Source of the DNA: an uncultured Clostridia bacterium
Lineage (GTDB): Bacteria > Bacillota > Clostridia > Christensenellales > Borkfalkiaceae
Direction: 5' to 3'
Length of the DNA: 64,000 bases
Assembly: GCA_947629515.1 (NCBI GenBank)
Contig: CANRDY010000001.1
Location: 24,948 to 88,947 of the forward strand
Shown: one piece after another, positions 18,093 through 27,452 of the stretch
How positions within the stretch are numbered: the stretch's first letter is position 1
Layout: every line of letters starts with the position of its first letter
The notes under the pieces: generated by a model
What the model saw: only the letters and a program-made list of their open reading frames with translations
The model's database searches: none
What the model was told of the DNA's origin: nothing
Made by a program: the position numbers and the translations under genes

Positions 18093-18950
18093 TTAGTCTT
18101 TATAGGCGGGAACGCTCTTTGCAGTGAAGCAGGGGAACGACCCTTTATACCTGCTCTTCGCCCACGCGCAAAGCTCGGGACTGTCGAAGAGCGCGTACGC
18201 CGCGCTTCCCGATCCCGTCATACTCACCCCCACGGGGAAGAACGCGCAAAGCTCGTTTAACGCGGTCTCTATCTGCGGGTTCAGACTGACGGCGGGGGGA
18301 GTCAACGCGTTGAAGAGCGTTCTGCCGAGGGTGTAGATATCGCCCTTTTTTAAGGCGCGCTCCGCCTCGAAAGTCGCCCGCGGCACTGCGGCGCGTTCGC
18401 CGTAGCGGCGATAACACTCGGCGGTGGACACGCCCTGCGGGGGAGTTGCGATGAGGAAAAAGAGCTTCAACACGGAACTTACGGGAATGACCGTTTCGCC
18501 CCGCCCAGATATGCGCGCGAACCCGCCGCGGAGCATATACGGAACGTCGCTGCCGAGGGTCGCGGCAAGAGCCGAAAGTTCCTCGGGCGTGCCTTTTTTA
18601 TACAGCTTGGACATTCCCCTTAAAACGCCCGCCGCGTCGGCGGAAGAGCCGCCCAGACCCGCGCCGATGGGGATATTTTTGTACACGGTTATGTCCGCGC
18701 CCGTCGTGCCGAACGTGCGCACGAACATGTCGCCCGCGCGTTTGGCGTTGTTCAGCTCGGGGGGAATGGTCTCGCTCCCCATTCCGCGCATGAACACGTT
18801 TACAAGACCGTCCTTGCGCTTTTTGAGGGTTATCGAATCGGCGACGTCTATTGTGCATGCGAGGCTTTCGAGAGTATGATAGCCGCCCTGAACGCCCGTT
18901 ATGTCGAGCGTGAGATTGATTTTAGCGTAACTTTTGATATGCACTCCCAT
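18093..18950 (-). CDS. ispE: 4-diphosphocytidyl-2-C-methyl-D-erythritol kinase
   Basis: SYAKINLTLDITG, GGYH, PIGAGLGGSSADAA GHMP-kinase motif. Start set at the second Met (MGVHIKSYAKINL) by analogy with IspE N-termini; the track ORF extends to 18980. Confidence 0.85.
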   Translation of the reverse strand: MGVHIKSYAKINLTLDITGVQGGYHTLESLACTIDVADSITLKKRKDGLVNVFMRGMGSETIPPELNNAKRAGDMFVRTFGTTGADITVYKNIPIGAGLGGSSADAAGVLRGMSKLYKKGTPEELSALAATLGSDVPYMLRGGFARISGRGETVIPVSSVLKLFFLIATPPQGVSTAECYRRYGERAAVPRATFEAERALKKGDIYTLGRTLFNALTPPAVSLNPQIETALNELCAFFPVGVSMTGSGSAAYALFDSPELCAWAKSRYKGSFPCFTAKSVPAYKD

Positions 18951-19023
18951 ACGAAAATTATAACATATGCGCGCAAGCATTTCAATTGTTTTGGCAATAT
19001 TTGTGAAAAAGTATGGGAAGGGC

Positions 19024-19335
19024 GGCGGGCGCGCGATTTTAATCGCGCGCCCGCGCGTTTATGCGCGGGTCTCATAGCGTTCGAAATGACAGTGCCTTAA
19101 TGTGCTTCGATATTATTTAGAAATGCTCCCCCTCAGTCCGCAAAGCGGACAGCTCCCCCTCGCGGCTTGCCGCGAGGGGGAGCGAATTAGGTTAGCTGTT
19201 AATGCGCAAAGGAGAGCGAATGGGGTCGGTTGTTAACGCTCGAGAGAAGCGGATAGTTAAGGGCTATTTTCGCGAAAAGAGCGAATAGTTAAAAGTTATT
19301 TTTGCAAAGAACGAACAGTTTAAATTTTTCCCTCT
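19024..19335 (+). repeat. repeat modules I, C 3' half, E variant, then ~5 degenerate 27-30-nt tandem units
   Basis: GGCGGGCGCGCGATTTTAATCGCGCGCCCGC. CGCGGGTCTCATAGCGTTCGAAATGACAGTGCCTTAATGTGCTTCGATATTATTT. CCCCCTCAGTCCGCAAAGCGGACAGCTCCCCCTCGCGGCTTGCCGCGAGGGGGAG. Then GAGCGAATTAGGTTAGCTGTTAAT-like units at 19178-19330. Confidence 0.8.
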
Positions 19336-19340
19336 TCCCC

Positions 19341-20807
19341 TCACCCTACGGCGGGGCGGAAAATGAGAATACGCTCCTTGCCCGTTAAGGGGAATTTTAA
19401 GTCGGGGTTGGACTTTATGATGTCGTCGGGCGCGCCGCACGCCTTTTTGGCGGTCTCCCAAAGTCCGTCGCCCGCCTTGGGAATGTACACCGAGATCGCG
19501 CTCAGCCGTCTTTCGATCGGTTCGCCCTCGGAAACTTCGCAAAGGTATTTAACGCACCTCGTCTCACGCTCGGTCACGCAAATTTTCAACGCCGCTTCGG
19601 CTTCGCACTCGCCCTCGGCGCGCTGGCGCACGCTTATCCCGCACACCGCCGCGGTTATCTCCGCGCAGGTCAAATCGCATCCCGTAAGGCTGATAAAAAA
19701 CGGCAGACTTATCTGTGAAGAACGGATCTCGCCGTTCTGCATATACAACAGCGTTGCGTTAACGCTCCCGCCTATGCCGTCCTCGGACGGCGAGAACTCG
19801 GCTTTGGGCAGCGCAGTCGCGAGGAACGCGCAGGTGTAGTCGAGCTTGGCTTTTACGGCGCACAGCCCCGAAACGCGCTCGGAAAAGATTTTTATGCCCG
19901 TCGGGACTTCGTTTTTCTCCTCGGCGTAATTGAGGCTTAAATTGTTGGTGAGGCTGAACGCGTCGATAACGAGCGGGATCTCTTCTTCCTCATAAAATGA
20001 GCCAGTGAACGCAAGCGTGCTGTCGATAGTTACCTCGCACTTGCCGCTCTCCTCGTTGACCTTGCACTCGACGTTGAGTTCTTTTATCTCCGCGCGGCAT
20101 GAAGCGGGGCGGGGAAGAATTGCTTGCTCGCAGGTTATTTCAGCCTTATAGGGTATAACTCTGTCGAGCCCCACGGGCGAGGCGTCGCGCACGGCGAGAA
20201 GCGATAAATACAGCTCGCCCGTCACCTCGATATAGTCCGTTTTGACCTCGCACGAGAGGACGAGAAGTTCAGCCGAGGGCACGAGCACGTCGCTCGCCAC
20301 GCAGTCGAACGAATCTTCAAGCTCGCTTTCGCCCGAAAAGTGAACGCACGTAAGAAGTTTTTGCGTGCCGCCGTCGGTCACCGCGCCGTCGAGAGCCGAA
20401 AGGTAACTGCGCATTGCGCCGTCGTATACCGATATTTCCGCCCCCACTACCACCGCGACGGCAAATGACGAGCCTTCGCGGCGGATGGTCGTTCTTTCAC
20501 AAGTCAGCACACAGCCGCACTGCTCGGAGGGCGTGAACGCCTCGTTGTCGCAGAAGTGCGAAAATTCCGCGCCCTTTTGCATGCGGCAGAGGTTTTCGCC
20601 GTCGGAGTAGACGAGCGTGCATATGAGCCTGCCCGAATAATTTATTCTGCCCGAAGAGACTTCGGCGGAGTTGAGCGAAACCTGCGGATAGACCGCAGTT
20701 GCTTCGCCGATGTCCTGTCCCGTGAACTTGATTTCGACTATGGTCTGTGACTTGAATGTGCCGATCTTGCGCGTGTATGCGCCCGACTGATAGGTTGCGT
20801 TTAACAT
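19341..20807 (-). CDS. DUF3794-like repeat protein with C-terminal LysM domain (SipL/SpoVID-like sporulation protein)
   Basis: Track ORF trimmed to ATG 20807 (MLNATYQSGAYTRKIGTF...), which is preceded by GGAGGA SD. C-terminus ISVYIPKAGDGLWETAKKACGAPDDIIKSNPDL is LysM-like. The upstream 142 codons of the track ORF read through repeat DNA. Confidence 0.6.
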   Translation of the reverse strand: MLNATYQSGAYTRKIGTFKSQTIVEIKFTGQDIGEATAVYPQVSLNSAEVSSGRINYSGRLICTLVYSDGENLCRMQKGAEFSHFCDNEAFTPSEQCGCVLTCERTTIRREGSSFAVAVVVGAEISVYDGAMRSYLSALDGAVTDGGTQKLLTCVHFSGESELEDSFDCVASDVLVPSAELLVLSCEVKTDYIEVTGELYLSLLAVRDASPVGLDRVIPYKAEITCEQAILPRPASCRAEIKELNVECKVNEESGKCEVTIDSTLAFTGSFYEEEEIPLVIDAFSLTNNLSLNYAEEKNEVPTGIKIFSERVSGLCAVKAKLDYTCAFLATALPKAEFSPSEDGIGGSVNATLLYMQNGEIRSSQISLPFFISLTGCDLTCAEITAAVCGISVRQRAEGECEAEAALKICVTERETRCVKYLCEVSEGEPIERRLSAISVYIPKAGDGLWETAKKACGAPDDIIKSNPDLKFPLTGKERILIFRPAVG

Positions 20808-20892
20808 ATTTCCTCCAAACTTTCGAGGCGTTCGCCGTTTTACAAGGTATAATATGCGGCAAGAGCGGGGTTTATTACTATTTGGCGAAAGG

Positions 20893-21036
20893 CAAAAAAG
20901 TTGCGCCGTACCGCCGCAAGGGAAGGGGAGCGAATGGGGCAGGGTATGCGCGCGGGCGACTTTGCAAGAACGAAGTGCCTTATGTCGCTCCGATATTATT
21001 GGAAAGCGCGCGGGCGTTGAAACGCCCGCGCGCATA
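20893..21036 (+). repeat. fragments of modules A, E, C-tip and I in the divergent spacer upstream of veg
   Basis: AAAAGTTGCGCCGTACCGCCGCAAG; GGAAGGGGAGCGAATGGGG; AGTGCCTTATGTCGCTCCGATATTATTGGAAAG; hairpin GCGCGCGGGCGTTGAAACGCCCGCGCGC. Confidence 0.75.
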
Positions 21037-21066
21037 TTTTTGATAAAAACAGGCAACAATAATTGT

Positions 21067-21312
21067 ATGATAAAGGTAAATCTGACTATAAATACCATAA
21101 AGCAAAGGATAGCCTCGCTTATGGGCGCAAACGTGATCGTTAAACTCAACCTCGGCAGAAATAAGTTCGTGACTTTTCCCGCCACGCTCAACGGGATATA
21201 TCCGTCGCTGTTCACCGTAAGCCCCGACGACAAAAACTTTTTGGGAAAGACCGCGTATTCGTACTCCGAAATTTTATGCGGCAGAGTTAAAATTCAAAAA
21301 GCCGAAGCGTAA
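21067..21312 (+). CDS. veg: Veg protein (DUF1021)
   Basis: Internal ATG of track ORF 20854-21312. MIKVNLTINTIKQRIASLMGANVIVKLNLGRNKFVTFPATLNGIYPSLFTV...YSYSEIL aligns along its length with B. subtilis Veg. Confidence 0.85.
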   Translation: MIKVNLTINTIKQRIASLMGANVIVKLNLGRNKFVTFPATLNGIYPSLFTVSPDDKNFLGKTAYSYSEILCGRVKIQKAEA

Positions 21313-21327
21313 ACGCTTCGGCTTTTT
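21301..21327 (+). terminator. intrinsic terminator of veg
   Basis: GCCGAAGCG taaa CGCTTCGGC followed by TTTTT; the stop codon lies in the loop. Confidence 0.85.
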
Positions 21328-21352
21328 CAGTGGAATGGTTTGGGGGGGGTAA

Positions 21353-21632
21353 AAGTGCCATAAGGTGCTCCGATAGCATTTAAAAATACTCCCCCCTCTT
21401 CAATTCTCCCCCCTCGCAAGCGAAGGGGGAGGGTTGGGTATGGGGAGTGCGCGAAAGGGGTAGTTAAATGCGCTCGGTTGCCCTTGCCAGAACGAAGTTA
21501 GAAAGTTCGAAGAAGCAAGTTATGCAAGGAAAGCGAGGAAAACCCGAAGGAGTTTACTATAAGGTAAATGACTGAGGGTTGCCGCAGCTTGACACAGCAG
21601 AACGACGCATATACGAAGTTTAACGGGAGCTA
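21353..21632 (+). repeat. composite repeat: C-tip, E, F, G; last nt shared with stop codon of 21630-22142
   Basis: AGTGCCATAAGGTGCTCCGATAGCATTTAAAAA; CTCCCCCCTCGCAAGCGAAGGGGGAGGG; F unit; GCATATACGAAGTTTAACGGGAGC-TA. Confidence 0.9.
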
Positions 21633-22142
21633 AAAGTCCTCGTCGTCATCGTCATCATCCTCGTCATCATCCTCGTCATCGTCGTCAAGATCGTCATCGT
21701 CGCCGAGGTCGTCGAGAGGATCGACTTCGTCGAAGAACTCGTCGTCGTTTTCGTCGGTCTTGTCGTCGTCGCCGTCGAACTCTTCGGCAAGCTCCTCTTC
21801 AAGCTCCTCGCCGTCGACGGTAAGGTCGCTCTCGTCCTCGTCGAGGTAGTTCTTCCACTCCTCGTCCTTTTCGATATCGACGTCCTCTTCTTCCTCGTAC
21901 TCCTGTTGAAGCCGACAGTTCTCGCACATCTTTTCGCCGTAGCGTATGGGGTTGACGCCGCACACGGGGCAGACTTCGCTCTGTTCAAGCTCTTCGTCAA
22001 GCTCCTCGTACTCTTCCTCGTCGAGGTCGGCAAATTGCAGGCGGTTGCCTTCAAGCTCTGCCTTGCACACGTCGCAGTACTGCTGTTTTTCGCTGTCGAT
22101 ATAGTTAAGTTCGCATCTCGGACACTTGATATACTTTATCAT
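21630..22142 (-). CDS. zinc-ribbon protein with long poly-acidic C-terminal half
   Basis: 170 aa. CPRC...CDVC and CPVC...CENC pairs. C-terminal ~90 aa are almost entirely D/E. Confidence 0.6.
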   Translation of the reverse strand: MIKYIKCPRCELNYIDSEKQQYCDVCKAELEGNRLQFADLDEEEYEELDEELEQSEVCPVCGVNPIRYGEKMCENCRLQQEYEEEEDVDIEKDEEWKNYLDEDESDLTVDGEELEEELAEEFDGDDDKTDENDDEFFDEVDPLDDLGDDDDLDDDDEDDDEDDDDDDEDF

Positions 22143-22294
22143 AAAAGATAGCTCTCTCCGCTTTTCCTTTTTAACAGCATATGCGCGCGGGCGGATACGC
22201 CGACATACGCCGTCTTTTTTTTGAAAACATTATAGTAATATTTATTGTATTTGTAAACTGTTTTTTTATTTATTTTAAGACTATTTTTCAAAAA

Positions 22295-22335
22295 TTTATT
22301 TTGAAACGGGCTTGCGCACGCCGCAAGCCCGTTTT
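22295..22335 (-). terminator. intrinsic (bidirectional-looking) terminator of lipoprotein gene
   Basis: AAACGGGCTTGCG/CGCAAGCCCGTTT 13-bp stem, flanked by an A-run and a T-run. Confidence 0.8.
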
Positions 22336-22429
22336 ATGACATTTTTTTATATTTTATTCGCCGCCGAAGGCTTACTGCCGGATCGGCTCTTTGCCGTACC
22401 CGCAGTTCGGCTCAGAGCTTAGCCGTCGG

Positions 22430-24709
22430 TCAGTTTTCGGTTCCGCCGCTCTCGCCGCCGTTATCCGCGCCGCCGCTCTCGCCCGAGCCTTCGCCCGTGT
22501 CGTACACGTCGATGTTCTTGTCGTCGGTGGTGTCGACCTTTATTCTGCGCTTTGCGTAAGCGGGCTTCTTTTCGCCCTTTGACTTGCGCACGGCGAAGAT
22601 TATGCCGAACGCTATGCCCGCCGTAACAAGCAGACCTATAAGGCACATACCTATTATAAAGAACACCTTGGCAACGGTGGGCAACCCGCCGTACCAGCCC
22701 GTATCGTCCGCCGTCGGATAGGCTTTGAGATACGCCGACTTGTAGTCCGCGGAGAGCTTTTGGCTGTCACCGTCGCTCATTTTACCGAGCACGGAGTAGT
22801 AATAATCCCTGCGGTTGGCGTACACCTGCGCGCCGTTTACGTTGCGGGTATTTGCGTAATCTTTCCAATCGTTGTCCGCTGTGGGAGTCATGAACTCGTC
22901 GAGCTTTGCAAGCGTCTGATCGGAATATACGGGGTCGTCGTCCTCTTCGAGTTGAGCGTTGACGGCTTCGGCAAGCTCGCTCACGTACGCTCTGTCGGAA
23001 GTGTAGAAGAGATATTTCACCGCGTCGGAGAGGTTCGCATAGCTCTCTTCGGGGTATTTGTCGGTATCGGAGTACTCGCCCAAAACGCCGTCGTCGCCCA
23101 ACACGTTGTTGTAGCTTTCGGTGTATTTGCCGAGGTCGATATTGTTCATCATGTTGCCGTTACTATCGCGCAGGTCGCACGCCATAATGTAGTTATAGGT
23201 GCTCATGCTGTCGGTTTCGCTTGCGAACAACAGCTGCCCGTCGATGAGTTCGGGCATATACCAATCGCTTGCCGCGTCGAGGTCTAAAACCTTAACGTCC
23301 TTATAGTCGGTCTCGCTCTGGTAGCCGGGCATCTTCGAATAGCTCTGCGCGCCGCCCGTGTAGTTTACGCGGTTTATGGTGTAGCCGTTGCCGCCCGTGA
23401 CCGAATAATATAAATAGTCGCCCTCGGTGAAAAGCAACGTAGCCGTGCCCGAATTGACAACGCGATAGCAACCCTGCGAGGGAGCGATCGCACTGCTGAG
23501 CTTGCCGCCCGACGGCTTGTTTATGGTGATACCGCCGCTGCTTTCGGCATACAGCACGCCGTAGAGCGCGCCCTCTTTGAAGATGTATTTATAGCCGTCT
23601 GCGGTCGAACCGTCGTCGGCAAGGCGAGCCGCAGCTTCGGGGTTGCGGCTTACGGGGTTCTTTCCGTCGGTCGAAAGGCTCTGCACTTCGAGGTCGAAGA
23701 GGTATTCCGTGGAATCGGCGACGGAGGTCTTGCGGGTGTAGAAAAGGTGACCCTGCGTTGACGCCTTTAAGGTGTAGGTATAGTTGAGTTGGTTCTTTTG
23801 GTCGTTGCCGTAGTTGAAGGGCGTGAACTCGTTGTTCTTGCCGCCCAAGCCGTCGAACACAAGGTCGCCGCAGTTGATATACCTGTCGGTCTCGGGATCC
23901 CAGCCGATTATCGAGGAAGTATCGTAGGTTTTAGCCGTTTCGGCTTTCGCCGTCACTGTGTAGACCTGATTGTAGTTGTAGTCGGTATCCGCCGAATAGT
24001 CGTGCACGGACATCGTGTAGAACACGCGGGGCGAGGTCTTGTCCTCGTCGAATTTGTAATCGGAGATATTGTAGGCGAGGAGCGTGTCTTTGCCGTCGGC
24101 GAGGTTATAGGAGTGAAGATTTTTAACGCCCGTCGTCTCGTCGTACAGCTTCTCCTCGGGAACGACGTACAAGACGTAGACCTTGCCGTCCTCTTCCACT
24201 ATCCTGTAATCGTAGGTGGTGGCTTTGAACTGCATTAAAGGATCGCGTACAGTCTGTGAACCGTCGAGCTTAGTATACTTTACGTCGAGCACGTCGTTCA
24301 GCACGGTACCGTCGGAATTTCTGTCGGTGGACGGCGTGGTGTAGTAAATGTTGTCGCCGTAGATATACAGACCGCCGTCGTGGTTGCCCGAGTAGGCGAC
24401 GACGGGAGCGACGGTCTGCGCCGAGGAATAATTATGCGCCGCAAGATCGCTTTGGGAAATGCGCATTACCGAACCCTTGACGGGAGTGCCGTAGGTGTTG
24501 TCGGCGGCGTTGCCCTCTATTCCGTTGATGAAATAGACGTATTCGCCCTTTTTGACGGCGAAGCCGCCGTTGGAACTGACCGCGCCCGAGGTGTCGCCGT
24601 CGAGCGTCGTTCCACCCAAATAGGGCGAACAGCCCGCCGAAACGGCTACGCCTATGGTGAGAGCCGAAGCGAGCATTGCGCATATAATTTTAGTGAAAGG
24701 CTTTTTCAT
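22430..24709 (-). CDS. large putative lipoprotein / cell-surface protein with C-terminal TM anchor
   Basis: 759 aa. Signal peptide with lipobox (AVSAGC). Long Y/D/T/G-rich beta-rich ectodomain. TM helix near the C-terminus and a G/S/E tail. GGAG SD. Confidence 0.7.
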   Translation of the reverse strand: MKKPFTKIICAMLASALTIGVAVSAGCSPYLGGTTLDGDTSGAVSSNGGFAVKKGEYVYFINGIEGNAADNTYGTPVKGSVMRISQSDLAAHNYSSAQTVAPVVAYSGNHDGGLYIYGDNIYYTTPSTDRNSDGTVLNDVLDVKYTKLDGSQTVRDPLMQFKATTYDYRIVEEDGKVYVLYVVPEEKLYDETTGVKNLHSYNLADGKDTLLAYNISDYKFDEDKTSPRVFYTMSVHDYSADTDYNYNQVYTVTAKAETAKTYDTSSIIGWDPETDRYINCGDLVFDGLGGKNNEFTPFNYGNDQKNQLNYTYTLKASTQGHLFYTRKTSVADSTEYLFDLEVQSLSTDGKNPVSRNPEAAARLADDGSTADGYKYIFKEGALYGVLYAESSGGITINKPSGGKLSSAIAPSQGCYRVVNSGTATLLFTEGDYLYYSVTGGNGYTINRVNYTGGAQSYSKMPGYQSETDYKDVKVLDLDAASDWYMPELIDGQLLFASETDSMSTYNYIMACDLRDSNGNMMNNIDLGKYTESYNNVLGDDGVLGEYSDTDKYPEESYANLSDAVKYLFYTSDRAYVSELAEAVNAQLEEDDDPVYSDQTLAKLDEFMTPTADNDWKDYANTRNVNGAQVYANRRDYYYSVLGKMSDGDSQKLSADYKSAYLKAYPTADDTGWYGGLPTVAKVFFIIGMCLIGLLVTAGIAFGIIFAVRKSKGEKKPAYAKRRIKVDTTDDKNIDVYDTGEGSGESGGADNGGESGGTEN

Positions 24710-24831
24710 ATCTTAACTCCGTTACGGAAATGCGAGTTTTAAATTTCAAGCACTTTCAATTATATACCAAACGGCGTATTTAAGCAATGATTTTGACTTG
24801 ATTTTGATAAAAAAATGTATTAAAAGGAGCA

Positions 24832-25314
24832 ATGTTTTTGGAAAAATCAACCCTTTTGAACTTACTTAAAGCCATCGACGCTTTGCAGAAGGGAAGTTCC
24901 GCCCAAAACGCGGGCGGCGAAAATAACGGCGGCGATCCCTCGCCCGACCTCTTCGGGAGCAATTACGGAAGTTTTGAAAATGCGAACGGCGGAGAACGCG
25001 GGGGCGCGAACGGCGGAGAACGCGGGGGCGCGAACGGCGGTTCGGGAAGCGGCTTCGGGGGCGGCTTCGGGGGCGCGAACGACCGACGCGGCTTTGACAG
25101 CGGGCGCGGCGCGGGTGAAGCGCGCGGCGGATCGGGGGGCTTTGGCGGAAACGGCGTGAACGGCGGAAAAGTTTTGAACGGCGGTTCGGGAAGCGCGGGC
25201 GCGCCGACGGGCGGGAGTTTGCCGAGCGGGTTTGTCGATATGCCGAACTTTATGTACGAGGCGTTGGTGCGCCACGAGCACGTGCGCAACAGAATCAAAA
25301 AGAGAAAAGAGTGA
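24832..25314 (+). CDS. hypothetical Gly-rich low-complexity protein
   Basis: 160 aa. Structured ends (MFLEKSTLLNLLKAIDALQKG... and ...FVDMPNFMYEALVRHEHVRNRIKKRKE) flank a G/N/S-rich core that includes a tandem NGGERGGA repeat. Start could be the TTG at 24838, which has better SD spacing. Confidence 0.5.
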   Translation: MFLEKSTLLNLLKAIDALQKGSSAQNAGGENNGGDPSPDLFGSNYGSFENANGGERGGANGGERGGANGGSGSGFGGGFGGANDRRGFDSGRGAGEARGGSGGFGGNGVNGGKVLNGGSGSAGAPTGGSLPSGFVDMPNFMYEALVRHEHVRNRIKKRKE

Positions 25315-25385
25315 AAAGGTTGCGCTACGCGCAAGGGAAATTTTTGCCTAACGGCAAAAGTGAAATTTGCGGCGTACCGCCGCAA
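25311..25385 (+). repeat. A array (3 hairpins); first linker GTGAAAA contains the TGA stop of 24832-25314
   Basis: GTGAAAA gg TTGCGCtacGCGCAA GGGAAAT TTTTGCCtaacGGCAAAA GTGAAAT TTGCGGCGtacCGCCGCAA. Confidence 0.85.
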
Positions 25386-26050
25386 GCGTTCCGCTTGAGC
25401 GGCGTGTCGCCGCGGACGGGCGTCTTAACGACGGGGAAGTAAGACGGCGGAAAGGCTGTTCAACGGGAAGCGGCGGGGCGCGTTTGCGCCCCGCCGCATT
25501 TTTAAATAATAACTGTCACCCTGAGCAAGCGAAGCGCGTCGAACGGGTCTATTCCGCAGTATAGCGGAGCTTTTTATAAGGTGAATATTATTTGGAAGTG
25601 TTAACGCGTTTCAAAGTGCAAGCACAGACCACCTTGGGATTATCTCACTCAATCCCGCGCCTACGGCGCGTGTCATGTCGTTCGAAATGACAGTGCCATA
25701 ATGCGCTCCGATATTATTTGGAAGTCCTACCCCCACCCTGCCCTCCCCCTCCAAATGGAAGGGGAGGAATGGGCGATTGTTAGGTTGCTGTACGAAGTGA
25801 GAAACTTTGGAGGCGAGCGGGGATTTCTCAAAACAGCGGACACCCGCTGTTTTGCCCCGCGAGGTGAGCTTGCGCATAGTGCAAGGCGCAAGCGGTGACC
25901 GAGAACGGCGTTTTTCCTTGCGCCGTTCGAGAAGCGAGCAGAACGAGGAGCGCGAGCAGTTTGCGAGGGAGCTTACAATGACGTAAGTGACCGAGCAAAA
26001 GCGGAGCGCGACAATGTTATGCGAAGCATATACGAAGTTTAACGGTAGCC
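25386..26050 (+). repeat. composite repeat: B, I, D (25505-25570), C (25604-25724), E variant, F with nested H (25813-25933), G
   Basis: Each module matches the copies listed in the summary key. Ends 4 nt before the stop of 26055-27365. Confidence 0.9.
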
Positions 26051-26054
26051 GAAA

Positions 26055-27365
26055 TTAACACAACGAATTAACGCGCCTGTAATCATCCCTCAACAAGCTG
26101 ACGTTAGTGGCAAGCTGACTGCTGCTTTCGCTTTGGTGCTTCATAAACTCGTTTGCAATATTCTGCCTGCTCGATATCCGCGCAAGATAAGCCGTATGCA
26201 CTCCCTGCGTTATCTGTATATTTGTTACTTTGGTATCTATGCGGTCGACCTTGCTGTCTAATCGGTCTACCTTGGCTTCAACACTGCCTATATAACCGCA
26301 GATCTTAGCCGACTCTTCGGCGACCATTTCGGAAATTCTATCGAAATTCTGCTGTAAGCTGTGCTGTATTCTGTCGGCGTTGTCTTTGATGGTTTCGCAA
26401 ATTCTGCGCGTTGCCTCTTGCATGGTATCGACTATCCTCTGCGTTTGCTCCTCGCGGTCGGCAAGTTGCAACGACTCTTTCATGCTTTCGGCGCGCCCCG
26501 TCTCGAATGTGTAGATCATGTAGTCCACGTATTTCCAATCGCGCGGGTTCAAAAAATCTCCGTAAAGTTTTTCGAGTGCGGAATAAAAAACCATTGCATT
26601 GGAAATTATCGCATTGGCTTTCCTCTTCTCTTCGTCAAGTTCGCTATCTGCCTTCTGCACTTCCTTGTTGTAACTTTCCTCGGCACTGTTGAAAGAATAT
26701 CTTGCGTTTTCAGCCGATCGCTCCGCACGGCGACGTTGCTTGCTATATCGTCCCGCACTAAATAAGTAACCAAAAGAGCGACGAAAATTATGCCACGCGC
26801 TGCCTACATTATCTGAGATTTGTTTGTCGTCTATAAACCATTTATACATTAGATAACCTAAAACCGCCGTAAGTCCTCCGCATACAAGCGGCGCGAGAAA
26901 GAAAATAGCGTACATCCAACCCTCAGGTATAGACGCAAGAAAATACCCGTACCAACCGTATGCTACTTCCATCCAGCCGGAATCCAAATGAAATAAATAA
27001 TTAATTAAACTTCCTAAAACGATTGTCAAAAAATACAAAGTAGCTCCGGCAAACGCAAGCAGTAACGCTATCAAAAATAATGAAAGTAAAGTCCATGCCA
27101 ATGCTTTAATAAAGTCAAGCGGCAATCTGTTTCGTGAGTTTTTAGCAGAATTTTCTCTTTCCTCTTTTTCGTCAAAATATTCTTCCGCATCGTTCAATTT
27201 TGATTGTGCAACCTGCAAACGCTCTTCCGCCGCACGAAGTTTTGCTTCGTGCTCAGACTGCGCGCGCGCCGTTATGTCGTCGCTCTTCTGCTTTTCGCTC
27301 GCCAAAACGCACATGCCCGCCCTTACCGCATATAGCTTGGTAACAACTTCGTTTACGCTTTCCAT
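26055..27365 (-). CDS. hypothetical membrane protein with N- and C-terminal coiled-coil regions
   Basis: 436 aa. AAGGAG SD. Central block of ~4 hydrophobic helices. Visibly AT-richer than neighbouring genes. No family recognised. Confidence 0.6.
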   Translation of the reverse strand: MESVNEVVTKLYAVRAGMCVLASEKQKSDDITARAQSEHEAKLRAAEERLQVAQSKLNDAEEYFDEKEERENSAKNSRNRLPLDFIKALAWTLLSLFLIALLLAFAGATLYFLTIVLGSLINYLFHLDSGWMEVAYGWYGYFLASIPEGWMYAIFFLAPLVCGGLTAVLGYLMYKWFIDDKQISDNVGSAWHNFRRSFGYLFSAGRYSKQRRRAERSAENARYSFNSAEESYNKEVQKADSELDEEKRKANAIISNAMVFYSALEKLYGDFLNPRDWKYVDYMIYTFETGRAESMKESLQLADREEQTQRIVDTMQEATRRICETIKDNADRIQHSLQQNFDRISEMVAEESAKICGYIGSVEAKVDRLDSKVDRIDTKVTNIQITQGVHTAYLARISSRQNIANEFMKHQSESSSQLATNVSLLRDDYRRVNSLC

Positions 27366-27382
27366 AACTTTCTCCTTGGTTT

Positions 27383-27398
27383 TAGCCCCATGGGGCTA
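27383..27398. promoter_or_regulatory. perfect 16-bp palindrome in divergent promoter region (candidate operator of the XRE regulator)
   Basis: TAGCCCCATGGGGCTA, between the divergent genes 26055-27365 and 27453-27662. Confidence 0.4.
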
Positions 27399-27422
27399 TT
27401 TACATATATTTTACTCCCATAG

Positions 27423-27431
27423 TGCTAAAAT
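27423..27431 (+). promoter_or_regulatory. extended -10 promoter element for XRE gene
   Basis: TGCTAAAAT (TGnTAAAAT) 22 nt upstream of ATG 27453. Confidence 0.45.
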
Positions 27432-27452
27432 GTCAACAGGAATTAAGTAAAT

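Noticed and set aside
20808-21233. 142-codon N-terminal extension of ORF 19341-21233
   Set aside because: It runs through repeat fragments and antisense to veg. A GGAGGA SD plus ATG at 20807 gives a plausible start.
24862-25385. Overlapping minus-strand ORFs (139 and 140 aa) across the Gly-rich gene
   Set aside because: The low-complexity GC-rich repeat DNA is open in several frames. Only the plus frame has structured, non-repetitive termini and a nearby SD.
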